A DNA stretch of 63,605 nucleotides, filler included, from Octopus bimaculoides (lineage: Eukaryota): assembly GCF_001194135.2 (NCBI RefSeq). It is 6 parts of 6 records of this genome, joined end to end, with 100 filler letters (N's around TTAATTAATTAA, not from the genome) between each part and the next. Parts side by side here need not be neighbours in the genome. Positions count along the whole stretch, not along the records: positions 49,451 to 59,121 come from NC_068985.1; positions 59,222 to 63,605 come from NC_068988.1; 4 more parts are not named here. The stretch is one strand, 5' to 3'. This document shows positions 52,207 to 63,605 of the stretch, in pieces. Positions within the stretch are counted from its first letter, which is position 1; every line of letters starts with the position of its first letter. A program made the position numbers and the translations under genes. The notes under the pieces are model-generated. The model saw nothing but the letters and a program-made list of their open reading frames with translations, searched no databases and was not told the DNA's origin.

Positions 52207-52211
52207 TTTTT
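52207..52211 (+). terminator. Pol III terminator (T5) of tRNA-iMet
   Basis: TTTTT starting 15 nt downstream of the tRNA discriminator base. Confidence 0.75.
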
Positions 52212-52574
52212 GATTCTTTTATAACTAGAAATTTATCTGTGTATAAATTTATTAAGTACATATATGTATACCTACAGGGGTGAGTAAAAATTGAATATTC
52301 ATTGGTAAGTGGTTAACGGTCGAATTGTTACCAAACGTACGGGGATGAGTAAGAATTATTTTATTCAGGCGAAAATTGTGCAGCATCAAGGGGTCATTGA
52401 ACGACCGGAATAGCTAACAGCCCTAGTAGGAAAGTCGACAACAAAAGCAGGACTTCAATCTTTAGGATATAGAATTATTCCGGCCTACTCTCGGTTGCAA
52501 TTTCTAAATTATCGTTGGTTACATTTCACTAAATCATAGAAATACAGCGATTCCGCGTCAGCACCGAAACGAGA

Positions 52575-52782
52575 CAAGCCATAGAGGAGACAAACAAGGA
52601 CAGACAAAGGGATTAAGTCGATTATATCGACCCCATTGCGTAACTGGTACTTATTTAATCGACCCCGAAAGGATGAAGGGTAAAGTCGACCTCAAGGGAA
52701 TTCGAACTCAGAACGTAAAGACAGACGAAATACCGCTAAGCATTTCGCCCGGCGTGCTAACGTTTCTGCCAGCTCACCGCAT
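52575..52782 (-). mobile_element. SINE family A, near full length
   Basis: Head gcggtgagctggcagaaacgttagc...gttcgaattcc plus the central domain. Confidence 0.85.
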
Positions 52783-54232
52783 TGAGATTAAATATTTCTG
52801 TCTCTCCTCATGTGAATTCCTATGTGTTCTGAATCACGTGCGTTAGTTCCTTTATGTAATCACAGCAAACTCATTTAATTAAACTTGAGGAGTCGTTTAT
52901 TACTTTATAACTATTGTAGTTGTCATCGCCAAATCTGTTGCTTTTGGTTTTCTTTACGTTTATCGTTGCCCCTCTCGGCATTATATTTATATTTTTACTG
53001 TTATTTTGTGTGATTATATTTTAGCACTTTTCTTCTTTCTGATTACCTCTGTTCTTTGTGTTGGGGTTGTTGCTAGTGCTGTTGTCGTTGTTGTTGTTGT
53101 TGTTGTTGCAATTGTTGTTGCTGTTGTTCTTCGCAGTCTCTCTCCGCTGCTGCTTACGAAGCTTATAGGAGAGGCGGTTGAATGGGATGGCATAAAATTA
53201 TGTCGCAATTTAAAATTCTGTTCTGCTGTTGGAATTGACGTGCACTGAATAATAACTCCTCGATACACATATGTCGTAATCAAATCGCGGTAAATATTTA
53301 TAAATTCGTGCATACAAACAGACACAAACACTCACACACACACGAACACAGACACACATTTTTATAGACACACATGCATACATACATACATACATACATA
53401 CGTACATATAATTTCTGTTTGCGAATCAATATGTATATATGAATGTGTGTATGGTTGCGTCAGCGTGTATGTTCGTGTGATTCAGTAAATGTAAGGTTGT
53501 CTGTGTATGTTCTCTGGCGTGATGTGTTTGCACGCTGTCGATCTATCATTGTGTTGTATTGTAGGTATGTACTTTAAAACGAAATGCGTTATGTCACATA
53601 CCATCTCAAACACACAAATATAAATACAAACATACACATCTATGTGAGAATTTTTAAAAACCCTTCAGTTTGCTTGCGTGAATGCTTATTTGCACGTATG
53701 TACACATATTCTCTCTGTCCCTCTCTGCCCCTCCCCCCTCTCGCTCTTTTTCACTCTCCATATATATNNNNNNNNNNNNNNNNNNNNNNNNNNNNNNNNN
53801 NNNNNNNNNNNNNNNNNNNNNNNNNNNNNNNNNNNNNNNNNNNNNNNNNNNNNNNNNNNNNNNNNNNNNNNNNNNNNNNNNNNNNNNNNNNNNNNNNNNN
53901 NNNNNNNNNNNNNNNNNNNNNNNNNNNNNNNNNNNNNNNNNNNNNNNNNNNNNNNNNNNNNNNNNNNNNNNNNNNNNNNNNNNNNNNNNNNNNNNNNNNN
54001 NNNNNNNNNNNNNNNNNNNNNNNNNNNNNNNNNNNNNNNNNNNNNNNNNNNNNNNNNNNNNNNNNNNNNNNNNNNNNNNNNNNNNNNNNNNNNNNNNNNN
54101 NNNNNNNNNNNNNNNNNNNNNNNNNNNNNNNNNNNNNNNNNNNNNNNNNNNNNNNNNNNNNNNNNNNNNNNNNNNNNNNNNNNNNNNNNNNNNNNNNNNN
54201 NNNNNNNNNNNNNNNNNNNNNNNNNNNNNNNN

Positions 54233-54263
<31 letters not shown>

Positions 54264-55594
54264 ATCATACATAAATATATATGGTAAATAAAAGACAGAA
54301 GAAGGAATATGCGAGAATTTTTATTATTAATCACGACAATTGTTTCGACGCATCTAGCATCGATCTCTCACTGGTCGGACACTTAACAACTGGTTCAACA
54401 GCACCCGGCGGTGCATGTGTGCCTTATCGGGTGATAAATAGATAGAACTCATCAAAATAATAGTTCCGCAATATTCTCATTTCAAACATCCTCTCTGGCT
54501 AATCGTTGAGAGGATGTTGGTGTTGCCATGACGGAGGTTTGCGCTCTCTGAGTGCGCTTGTTTAGCTTGCTTTGAAACTTATTACCGTTTTCAGTTGTAA
54601 TAATTTCCATTTTTCTTAATGCTAGAGGATAACAAAGAATCGGTATTTATCATAATTCCACACAGCTCTCAACCGTAAATGTTTGCAATCGATATATATT
54701 TGTGAAAATACCTTTAAAATGAAAAGAATTTTTTTTGCCTTTTGTTATAAAATTGAACTGAGAGCTGTATTAAACTTTACCGTGGGCTAAATCTCACTTA
54801 TTTTGTAAACGTTTTATCCTTTTCGTTTAAAATTTACTTCACCTAAATTCATATTTCTTTTGCTCTTCATTTATTTTCCTCTCTTTCATTTTACTTCAAA
54901 AAATTTCTCTGACACGAATTGGATATCACATGTGTATACAGTGTTGAAAACGATTTAATATCTGTACCATACTGCTAAAGTTTGGTCATATACAAAAGCT
55001 TGTGAATTCTGTATCCAAATCCATTGTGGCTTAATAGATTTTTGCATATATTACTACCTCATAGAAAATAAGTGAGAGAAAAAGGTTGTCCCACAGAAAA
55101 TACTCCCTATAAACAGCTACCTTGATAACTTTCTTTAAAACACCTCTACATTAACGCCTGTTCAATCTTTTTGATTATTGTTGCTATCACTATTTTCGGT
55201 ATCAACAAGTAATGTTTTCGGTATCAACCTGTGTAGCCCTCTATGAACAGCCATTTCCTAGTTAACTCATACAATGTTTACATCCGCTTGTCCGTCTTAC
55301 ACACGGTATCTATGAAGCGGTTGATGTGCAATTGATCTTCACAGACTTAGCAACATTAAAAGCAAGCCTTCTGTTTTGCTTAAAATCAGTCTTTCAGATA
55401 TCTGTGCAACAACATCGATATTATTACACATACCAATATGGAAGGGCATGCACTACCATAAACTGTAGCTTTTCAAAAGATTTTTTCATCAATTACTTCA
55501 ATGAGACACCATATTTTCCTGTAACTAATAGATTGCTTATTCATTACTAGTTATCTATCTATCTATCTATCTATCTACATGTGTGTGTGTTGTA

Positions 55595-55837
55595 TTATTT
55601 TGCTTGTTTCACTGCGGCCATGCTGGAGCACCGCCTTAAAAGGTTGTATTGCTTACTGAAGAAATTGACAACGGGTTTTTTTCTATGTAAGCCCGATACC
55701 GATTCTACTGGTTTCTTTTGCCGAACCGTTAAGTTACGTGGACGTAAGCACTCCAGCTTCGGTTGTCAAGTAGGGTTACAAACATAAACAGACACATTCA
55801 TATATATATATAAATGTATGTATGTATGTATGTATGT

Positions 55838-55908
<71 letters not shown>

Positions 55909-56040
55909 TTCACACCGCCGGGCGTCTTTTAGTTTCCGTCTACCAACACACTCAAAAGTCTTTGGTGGGCTCGCATCTGTATTAGCAGTGGGTGTGAACC
56001 TGAAACCATTTGATTGGGAAGGAAGCTTCTTACCACACAT
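55595..56040 (-). mobile_element. SINE family B with internal microsatellite expansion
   Basis: Same consensus; internal (TATG)n(GATA)n. Confidence 0.75.
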
Positions 56041-56618
56041 CAACATCTACGCTTAACATACATATATACATACACATACATATATACATACACATACATA
56101 TATGGATATACATATACATATATGTATATATATATATATATATTTTTATATATGACGTTGACCACTAACGTGGACATTCAATGTGCTAGAAATAGATCAC
56201 ATGAAATATAGCGTAGGTCTTATTAGACACAAGATGTGATCTATTTCTAGCACAGTGAATNNNNNNNNNNNNNNNNNNNNNNNNNNNNNNNNNNNNNNNN
56301 NNNNNNNNNNNNNNNNNNNNNNNNNNNNNNNNNNNNNNNNNNNNNNNNNNNNNNNNNNNNNNNNNNNNNNNNNNNNNNNNNNNNNNNNNNNNNNNNNNNN
56401 NNNNNNNNNNNNNNNNNNNNNNNNNNNNNNNNNNNNNNNNNNNNNNNNNNNNNNNNNNNNNNNNNNNNNNNNNNNNNNNNNNNNNNNNNNNNNNNNNNNN
56501 NNNNNNNNNNNNNNNNNNNNNNNNNNNNNNNNNNNNNNNNNNNNNNNNNNNNNNNNNNNNNNNNNNNNNNNNNNNNNNNNNNNNNNNNNNTATATATATA
56601 TATATATGTATGTATATG

Positions 56619-56668
<50 letters not shown>

Positions 56669-57553
56669 CATTTGACAGATAGAAAATTAGATAGACACTT
56701 AGATATGTTTGCGTAGGTAGGTAAAGGTGTGTTTGTGTGTTGGTGCTCAACATCAGTCATTATATGTTTGCTCATGGGTAAAAGAAACATCTGCGATAAA
56801 ATAACATGTCGAGAGGCTTTCGTAAACAAAGGGGAATTGTTTATAAGTAGACAGAAGAATAGATGTCTGAAAATACATATAATCAGTTGAATATACTTGC
56901 TTATGAAAACCTAGCTCAAATAGTTGCGTATGTGCACATAAGTATATATGCATACATACGTACGCATATGTAAATGCACACTTTATAAGTANNNNNNNNN
57001 NNNNNNNNNNNNNNNNNNNNNNNNNNNNNNNNNNNNNNNNNNNNNNNNNNNNNNNNNNNNNNNNNNNNNNNNNNNNNNNNNNNNNNNNNNNCATATATAT
57101 ATATATATATATGTGTGTGTGTAACTTAGATAACTTCGATATGTTTCGGCCAAGGACTAGCCCATGCTATGTGTAACTCAATCGCATCACCTGTTGCTAT
57201 TATGTGTATATGTACCTATAATTGAAAGGGCCGGCCTTGTCGCATTCTGCGTCACCATGAGGGTACGATGAAGGTTACATTTGATCAGAGAACTCACTAT
57301 GCATATGCTTCACGACGAAGGGTTAGACGAGTACAAAGCGATAAGAAGGAAATGAAACGACAAAGGAATACACGACTATCTTAAGAACTTCATTAGCTTA
57401 CGGTTGTTTCTGCTATAGGATGCAGTGGACTCATAGTTGAGTACCTGACTAATACCTTATAGCTTCATCGGAGAGAACGAGAGAGAAAGAGAGCCAGAAA
57501 GAGGGACAGAGATGAAAAGAGAGAGGGGAGAGAGAGAAAGTGCGAGAGGGAGG

Positions 57554-57633
<80 letters not shown>

Positions 57634-58552
57634 CTACGATTTATACTCGTGGTTACAACTAACTCCTTGGTCGCGCACCTTCACTCTAGATTTTATATCT
57701 ATCAAAGATTATCTGTTCACTCGAGTTTTTCCTTACGCGATCCTAAGGTCGTAAATACACAGTATTCTCTAGTCTTTTTATTGATCAGGATTTCGGAGGA
57801 ATTATTCTATGGTTACAATGTGGTCGAAGAGATTCCAGTCAAGAACTGAGGAATAGCTCTTAACTTCCAACCCCTGCATCAATTTATCTTGGAACATTAT
57901 CTTAGCAGTGTAAATGGAACTGACCAGGTAAATTTATCACTAGTTCTTGAATATTGTTCTTGATTCTGCTCAGCCTCGCAATTTTAACAAAAACTTAGTC
58001 ATCGTATTATTGGCTACGATTGAATCTTGAATCGTAGCTCAATCTGCGCCTGCGACATTTGGTCGAAAAATGCTCTACCTGGCAACCGGCGTAAGGTGTT
58101 GTTAATTAGGTAAATCGATCGGAAAAAAGTGAAATTATTAACAGGTTATAAACGTAAGTGCAGTAGTGGTGACTGGGGAGAAATTGAATAATTATCGATG
58201 TAGCATTCAAACAACTCTGAAATAACAGCCAACCGTGTTAAGAAACGAAAGACCATATAAAGCGATGTAGTCCTAATGCAAATGAAGAAAAAAAGATGTT
58301 TATGGTTACAATGTAATTTTATTATAAGTCCAATAGACAACAATTGAACAGCAAAATAACAGTTTCCGCCATTAATATTAAGAAATAAAATCAAATTATC
58401 AATATTATCACTTCTCTGTCATATATTACTAAACAAATTTTGATGTACATAAAAAAAAATATTACAATTAAATGAAATAAGCTCTCAGAAAAGAAGTGAA
58501 AACGGAGAAGTAGAAAGTTCAAGGTTATATATATATATATATNNNNNNNNNN

Positions 58553-58620
<68 letters not shown>

Positions 58621-58941
58621 TACCATTAATATTAAGAATAAAACGAATTATCAATGTATGCTTTCACAACATTTTAATTATTTCAGTGAAAATGTTCGTA
58701 ACGACAAAGATTTAGTAAAGTATTAGTCTTTAGTAAATTTAATATTTTATCAGTGTTATAACGCAAACTTTGCAAAATCGTGTTATCGTCCTCAACTGTA
58801 GAATGATAAGTTTACAAAGGAGCAGCGGCATGACTCACTGTCATATATTACAGGAAATAAATTTTGATGTACGCAAAAAATATTACTATTAAACGAAATA
58901 CCAAGTTCTTACAGCAGAATCGAAAACGGAAGAAAAAAGGT

Positions 58942-59120
58942 TATGTATGTATGTATGTATGTATGTATGTATTATGTATGTATGTATGTATGTATGTATG
59001 TATGTATGTATGTATGTATGTATGTATGTATGTATGTATGTATGGAAGTATAAATGTATGTATTTATGTAAGTATGTATGTATTCATGTAAGTATATATG
59101 TATATATATGTATATAGATG
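58942..59120. repeat. (TATG)n microsatellite
   Basis: Read directly; representative of many (AT)n, (AC)n, (AG)n and (TATG)n tracts, which typically abut gaps. Confidence 0.95.
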
Positions 59121-59121
59121 C

Positions 59122-59221
59122 NNNNNNNNNNNNNNNNNNNNNNNNNNNNNNNNNNNNNNNNNNNNTTAATTAATTAANNNNNNNNNNNNNNNNNNNNNNN
59201 NNNNNNNNNNNNNNNNNNNNN
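59122..59221. other. Synthetic scaffold spacer
   Basis: Same 44+12+44 design. Confidence 0.92.
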
Positions 59222-59445
59222 GGCACATAAAAGACACCATTTCGAGCGTGGCCGTTTTCGTGCGGGTGACACGTAAAAGCACCCACTACACTCTCTGAGT
59301 GGTTGGCGTTAGGAAGGGCATCCAGCTGTAGAAACTCTGCCAAATCGGACTGGAGCCTGGTGTTGCCATCCGGTTTCACCAGTCCTCAGTCAAATCGTCC
59401 AACCCATGCTAGCATGGAAAGCGGACGTTAAACGATGATGATGAT
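59222..59445 (+). mobile_element. Repeat family C (RTE-related 3' end / SINE with (GAT)n tail)
   Basis: ggcgttaggaagggcatccagctgtagaaactctgcc...catgctagcatggaaagcggacgttaaacgatgatgat. Confidence 0.8.
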
Positions 59446-59880
59446 ATACATATACATATATACAACGGGCTTCTTATGGTAAATTATGTAAAACATCTTC
59501 TTAGAATCAGAACTGTATCTATTGGATCTTTCTTTACAGAAGCCCTTAAATCTGATTTGATTATTTTCACTGCAGTAAGCAGTCAAATTATTTCAATGAA
59601 GTAGGAAATTTTTATGTATTATTTTACAATTCGCATTTGGTAGGGATCACTACATTTTTTACTAACTGCAAGCTTTCTATTCTGACTCCCAGAGCTTTCA
59701 TATGTCCTTAGTAACTATAAATGAACCTGATTAGTAATATTCACTAATTACTACACTACTTGCCCATCTTTTCATTGCTTTGAGCCTTGCTACTTTCTGG
59801 TATTCACACAAATAAGGCAAGACTGATAAATTATTCTATAATGAAGAAGACATTTCACTGTTAGAACTAATATATAGAAT

Positions 59881-60290
59881 ATTGTTGTTGTTGGCACTCC
59901 GTCGCTTATGACGTCGAGGGTTCCAGTTGATGCGATCAATGGGACAGCCTGCTCGTGAAATTAACATGCAAGTGGCTGAGCACTCCACAGACTCGTGTAC
60001 CCTTAACGTAGTTCTCGGGGAGATTCAGCGTGATACAGAGTGTGACAAGGCTGACCCTTTGAATTACAGGCACAACAGAAACAGGAAGTAAGAGTGAGAG
60101 AAAGTTGTGGTGAAAGAGTACAGCAGGGTTCGCCACCATCGCCTGCTGGAGCCTCGTGGAGCTTTAGGTGTTTTCGCTCTAAACACTTACAACGCCCGGT
60201 CTGGGAATCGAAACCGCGATCGTATTACTGCGAGTCCGCTGCCATAACCACTGGGCCATTGCGTCTCCACATACAGAATAGAACTATAAT
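59881..60290 (-). mobile_element. tRNA-derived SINE family D, full length
   Basis: Minus-strand A box tggcccagtgg and B box ggtttcgattcc; (CAA)n tail. Confidence 0.8.
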
Positions 60291-60654
60291 ATTATACTAC
60301 CTGCTCTGATCACCATAATGTCATCACATACCTGTATGCTTGCTGTGGTCATAGTAGTGGTTGGACACACTTGTGCAAGTTAGTTACCAAAAGCTCTCCA
60401 ACAAAGCTAGTGTGGAGTTTAATTGAAGCATTTTCAAAATATTTTAATATTACATAGCACATTCACCTGAGCTGGTCTGTGTTTTCTTTCAGCAAATTAC
60501 CAAGTCGTTCATACTATATTGGAAGTATTTGTACACCTGCTTGTTGTAACTTGTTATCACTGTTATGTTTTGGTAACATTAACTAAGACAGCATAAAAGC
60601 ATTGAAAACATCATTTAAATCACGTCTAGTAACAATATTTCTTCATCTTATTTC

Positions 60655-60880
60655 GTTATTGTCCACAAGGGGCTAAACATAGAGGGCACAAACAAGGACA
60701 GACAAAGGGATTAAGTCGATTACATCGACCTCAGTGCGTAACTGGTACTTAATTTATCGACCCCAAAAGGATGAAGGGCAAAGTCGACCTCGGCAGAATT
60801 TGAACTCGGAATGTAATGGCAGACGAAATACCGCGAGGCATTTCGCCCGGCACGCTAAAGTTTCTGCCAGCTCGCTGCCT
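60655..60880 (-). mobile_element. SINE family A, near full length
   Basis: Highly similar to 52575-52782. Confidence 0.85.
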
Positions 60881-60954
60881 TTTTCTTAGTCTTATGAAGA
60901 TAATTCACAATTAAGAATAATTGACTTTCAGTTTTCTTTTTCTTCTTTTAACAG

Positions 60955-61131
60955 GACAAAACATCCCAACTGACAACGAAAGTTCTCACATCATTCCGAG
61001 GCAATGATATGGACACTGCTGTTGAAGGTCTAAATTCTAAACAGATAGATATGTTGATGAAATACATTTATATAGGTTTTGAGTTCTTCTCAGAAGGTAG
61101 CAGTGCCATATTGCTTACATGGCATGAAAAG
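60955..61131 (+). CDS. ARPC5: Arp2/3 complex subunit 5 (p16-Arc), internal coding exon (177 nt, phase 0-0)
   Basis: Acceptor ttttaacag|GAC and donor AAG|gtaaac. Translates DKTSQLTTKVLTSFRGNDMDTAVEGLNSKQIDMLMKYIYIGFEFFSEGSSAILLTWHEK, matching the ARPC5 signature D.LMKYIY.GF....S.SS..LL.WHEK; as I recall the vertebrate exon 3 has the same length. Confidence 0.96.
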
Positions 61132-61279
61132 GTAAACTATTTCACCATTTTCCTCCTTTTTCGTTTTGTTTTAAATATATCTTCTGCTAAGTCTTGATGG
61201 AAGCAGGAGATTTCCCATCAGCTACGACAGCTGAATTTCAACCACTGGATATGAAATAGGAATCTGAGAAACAGATATA

Positions 61280-61420
61280 TGTCTGTAGGGTTAAGAAGTA
61301 TGTTCTACAACCACTTAGTTCTGGGTTGAGTTCCACTGTGTGGTACTTCACAATACCCCCAGGCTAATCAAATCTTGTTAGTGGAGTTGGTAGATGGAAA
61401 CTGTATGGAAGCTTGTTTAG
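61280..61420 (+). mobile_element. SINE family B, degenerate 5' part
   Basis: ggttaagaagtatgttctacaaccacttagttctgggttgagttccactgtgtgg. Confidence 0.6.
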
Positions 61421-61439
61421 ATATGTATACCACAATGAT

Positions 61440-61714
61440 GATGATCATCATCATCATCATTGTTTAACGTCCGCTTTCCATGCTAGCATGGGTTGGACGA
61501 TTTGACTGAGGACTGGCAAGCCAGAAGGCTGCACCAGGCTCTAATCTGATCTGGCAGAGTTTCTACAGCTGGATGCCCTTCCTAATGCCAACTACTCCGA
61601 GAGTGTACTGGGTGCTTTTACGTGCCCCGGCACGAGGGCCAGTCACCCGGTACTGGCAACGACCACACTCAAAAAGGTGTTTTTTATGAGCCACCTGCAC
61701 GGGAGCCAGTCCAG
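61440..61714 (-). mobile_element. Repeat family C
   Basis: Reverse-complement match to 59222-59445. Confidence 0.8.
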
Positions 61715-62641
61715 NNNNNNNNNNNNNNNNNNNNNNNNNNNNNNNNNNNNNNNNNNNNNNNNNNNNNNNNNNNNNNNNNNNNNNNNNNNNNNNNNNNNNN
61801 NNNNNNNNNNNNNNNNNNNNNNNNNNNNNNNNNNNNNNNNNNNNNNNNNNNNNNNNNNNNNNNNNNNNNNNNNNNNNNNNNNNNNNNNNNNNNNNNNNNN
61901 NNNNNNNNNNNNNNNNNNNNNNNNNNNNNNNNNNNNNNNNNNNNNNNNNNNNNNNNNNNNNNNNNNNNNNNNNNNNNNNNNNNNNNNNNNNNNNNNNNNN
62001 NNNNNNNNNNNNNNNNNNNNNNNNNNNNNNNNNNNNNNNNNNNNNNNNNNNNNNNNNNNNNNNNNNNNNNNNNNNNNNNNNNNNNNNNNNNNNNNNNNNN
62101 NNNNNNNNNNNNNNNNNNNNNNNNNNNNNNNNNNNNNNNNNNNNNNNNNNNNNNNNNNNNNNNNNNNNNNNNNNNNNNNNNNNNNNNNNNNNNNNNNNNN
62201 NNNNNNNNNNNNNNNNNNNNNNNNNNNNNNNNNNNNNNNNNNNNNNNNNNNNNNNNNNNNNNNNNNNNNNNNNNNNNNNNNNNNNNNNNNNNNNNNNNNN
62301 NNNNNNNNNNNNNNNNNNNNNNNNNNNNNNNNNNNNNNNNNNNNNNNNNNNNNNNNNNNNNNNNNNNNNGGGGGGGCATCCAATTGTAGAAGGCATGCCA
62401 AAACAAACACTTGTGAGCATGATGTGATTTTTTTTTTTTTTTTTGAGAATGATGTTGGTGGATAGGTGAGAGAGGCCAGATCTGGCCGTCATCATCATCA
62501 TCATCATATTCCTGCTTTCCATGCTGGCATGGGTTGAAAGCAGGTAGTTTTGGGGTCAGATATAGCTGGTTTATATGCTACAGAATTAAACCCTCCAACC
62601 TGTGCCAGTTTGGCTCATGGATGTGAAATGATGACGATATA

Positions 62642-63013
62642 CAATGTGGCCCAAAAGTAGGTTTACAGTTATCACATAGGCACTTTAAATTTCTTTTATA
62701 ACATTTTGCTACATTTAAATTTCTAACTGAAAAGGGAACTTGACAAAATGAACTAAATCAGCATGGAATAATGGTTTCCTATTTTTTTGTAATTAAGATC
62801 TAAACTGTTACTCTTTTACTTGTTTCAGTCATTTGACTGTGGCCATGCTGGAGCACCGCCTTTCAGTCGAGCAAATCGACCCCAGGACTTATTCTTTGTA
62901 AGCCTAGTACTTATTCTATCGGTCCCTTTTGCCGAACCGCTAAGTTATGGGGACGTAAACACACCATCGGTTGTCAAGCAATGCTGGGGGGACAAACACA
63001 GAAACACAAACAT

Positions 63014-63048
<35 letters not shown>

Positions 63049-63260
63049 CATATATACGACGGGCTTCTTTCAGTTTCCTTCTACCAAATCCACTCACTTG
63101 TAGAAGACACTTGCCCAAGGTGCCACGCAGTGGGACTGAACCCAGAACCATGTGGTTGGTAAGCAAGCTACTTACCACATAGCCACTCCTACGCCTATGT
63201 TAATATATGAATGTGAAAGAGATGGTTGACTAACTGTAAACCTACTTTTGGGCCACCCTG
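62642..63260. mobile_element. Tc1-type MITE in the ARPC5 last intron with a nested SINE
   Basis: TIRs caatgtggcccaaaagtaggtttacagtt / aactgtaaacctacttttgggccaccctg; TA flanks. Confidence 0.8.
62808..63195 (-). mobile_element. SINE family B
   Basis: Same consensus as 30865-31270; nested in a MITE. Confidence 0.85.
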
Positions 63261-63338
63261 TATATATATATATATATTTGTGTGTGTATATATCTGATCA
63301 TATTTATGTATGTAATATATGTTTCCTTTTGTTTGTAG

Positions 63339-63401
63339 GTGTTTGCCATTGGCGGTTTGGGCTCAATAATCCGTGTGCTGACAGATCGCAGCAGAGTGTA
63401 A
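63339..63401 (+). CDS. ARPC5: ARPC5 terminal coding exon
   Basis: Acceptor tttgtttgtag|GTG. Translates VFAIGGLGSIIRVLTDRSRV*, the conserved ARPC5 C-terminus (GG.G.I.RVLT.R); in phase with the 177-nt exon. Confidence 0.95.
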   Translation: MFAIGGLGSIIRVLTDRSRV

Positions 63402-63566
63402 CAGCAAGCCTTGCCAGTTGTTGCTAGCACTGAACAGACAACAGCTCTTCTGATGGATATATTGCGATCTTTCTGTGTTGCTCAGCCAACATCCAGGATC
63501 TGCATAAGGAAAAGAAGCACAACTATATATACATAAATACATACAAACATACATTCATACGTACTT

Positions 63567-63605
<39 letters not shown>

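Noticed and set aside
54335-54380. Third hammerhead-like remnant on the minus strand (GAAAC-AATT-GTC)
   Set aside because: The palindromic stem III is present but the CUGANGA core and stems I and II are not recoverable.
54485-54518. 11-bp perfect hairpin aacatcctctc/gagaggatgtt
   Set aside because: Too short to distinguish from chance; no supporting motif.

Overview
AT-rich, gap-ridden eukaryotic genomic DNA, dense in microsatellites and SINEs. The repeat families look octopod (probably Octopus; inferred, not verified). Five synthetic spacers (44 N + TTAATTAATTAA + 44 N) split the window into six joined pieces, so continuity across them is unproven. Confident genes: the last two coding exons of ARPC5 (60955-61131 and 63339-63401, +) and an intact initiator tRNA-Met (52121-52192, +). 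Decayed mobile elements include R4/Dong-like and HERO/NeSL-like RLE LINEs, RTE, CR1/L2-group RT, a gypsy gag fragment, Tc3 and mariner remnants, several MITEs and four SINE-like families. Main discovery: a minus-strand array of five exactly 12-nt micro-exons (TTTCAG|N12|GTRAK) at 20712-26843 that splice in frame onto a 108-nt transmembrane exon (19770-19877), giving YFGT-FNDV-VNDE-VKAA-LYVS-IDNHLILSIVAAICLFIGVLVSMYLLYIVNNYRQTT. This architecture resembles schistosome micro-exon genes and is invisible to the ORF track. Phase-compatible candidate upstream exons continue to about 41.3 kb. Second highlight: a minimal type I hammerhead ribozyme motif (29316-29371) with an adjacent antisense copy of itself. 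Most ORF-track entries are microsatellite or N artefacts. SINE and TE boundaries are approximate.
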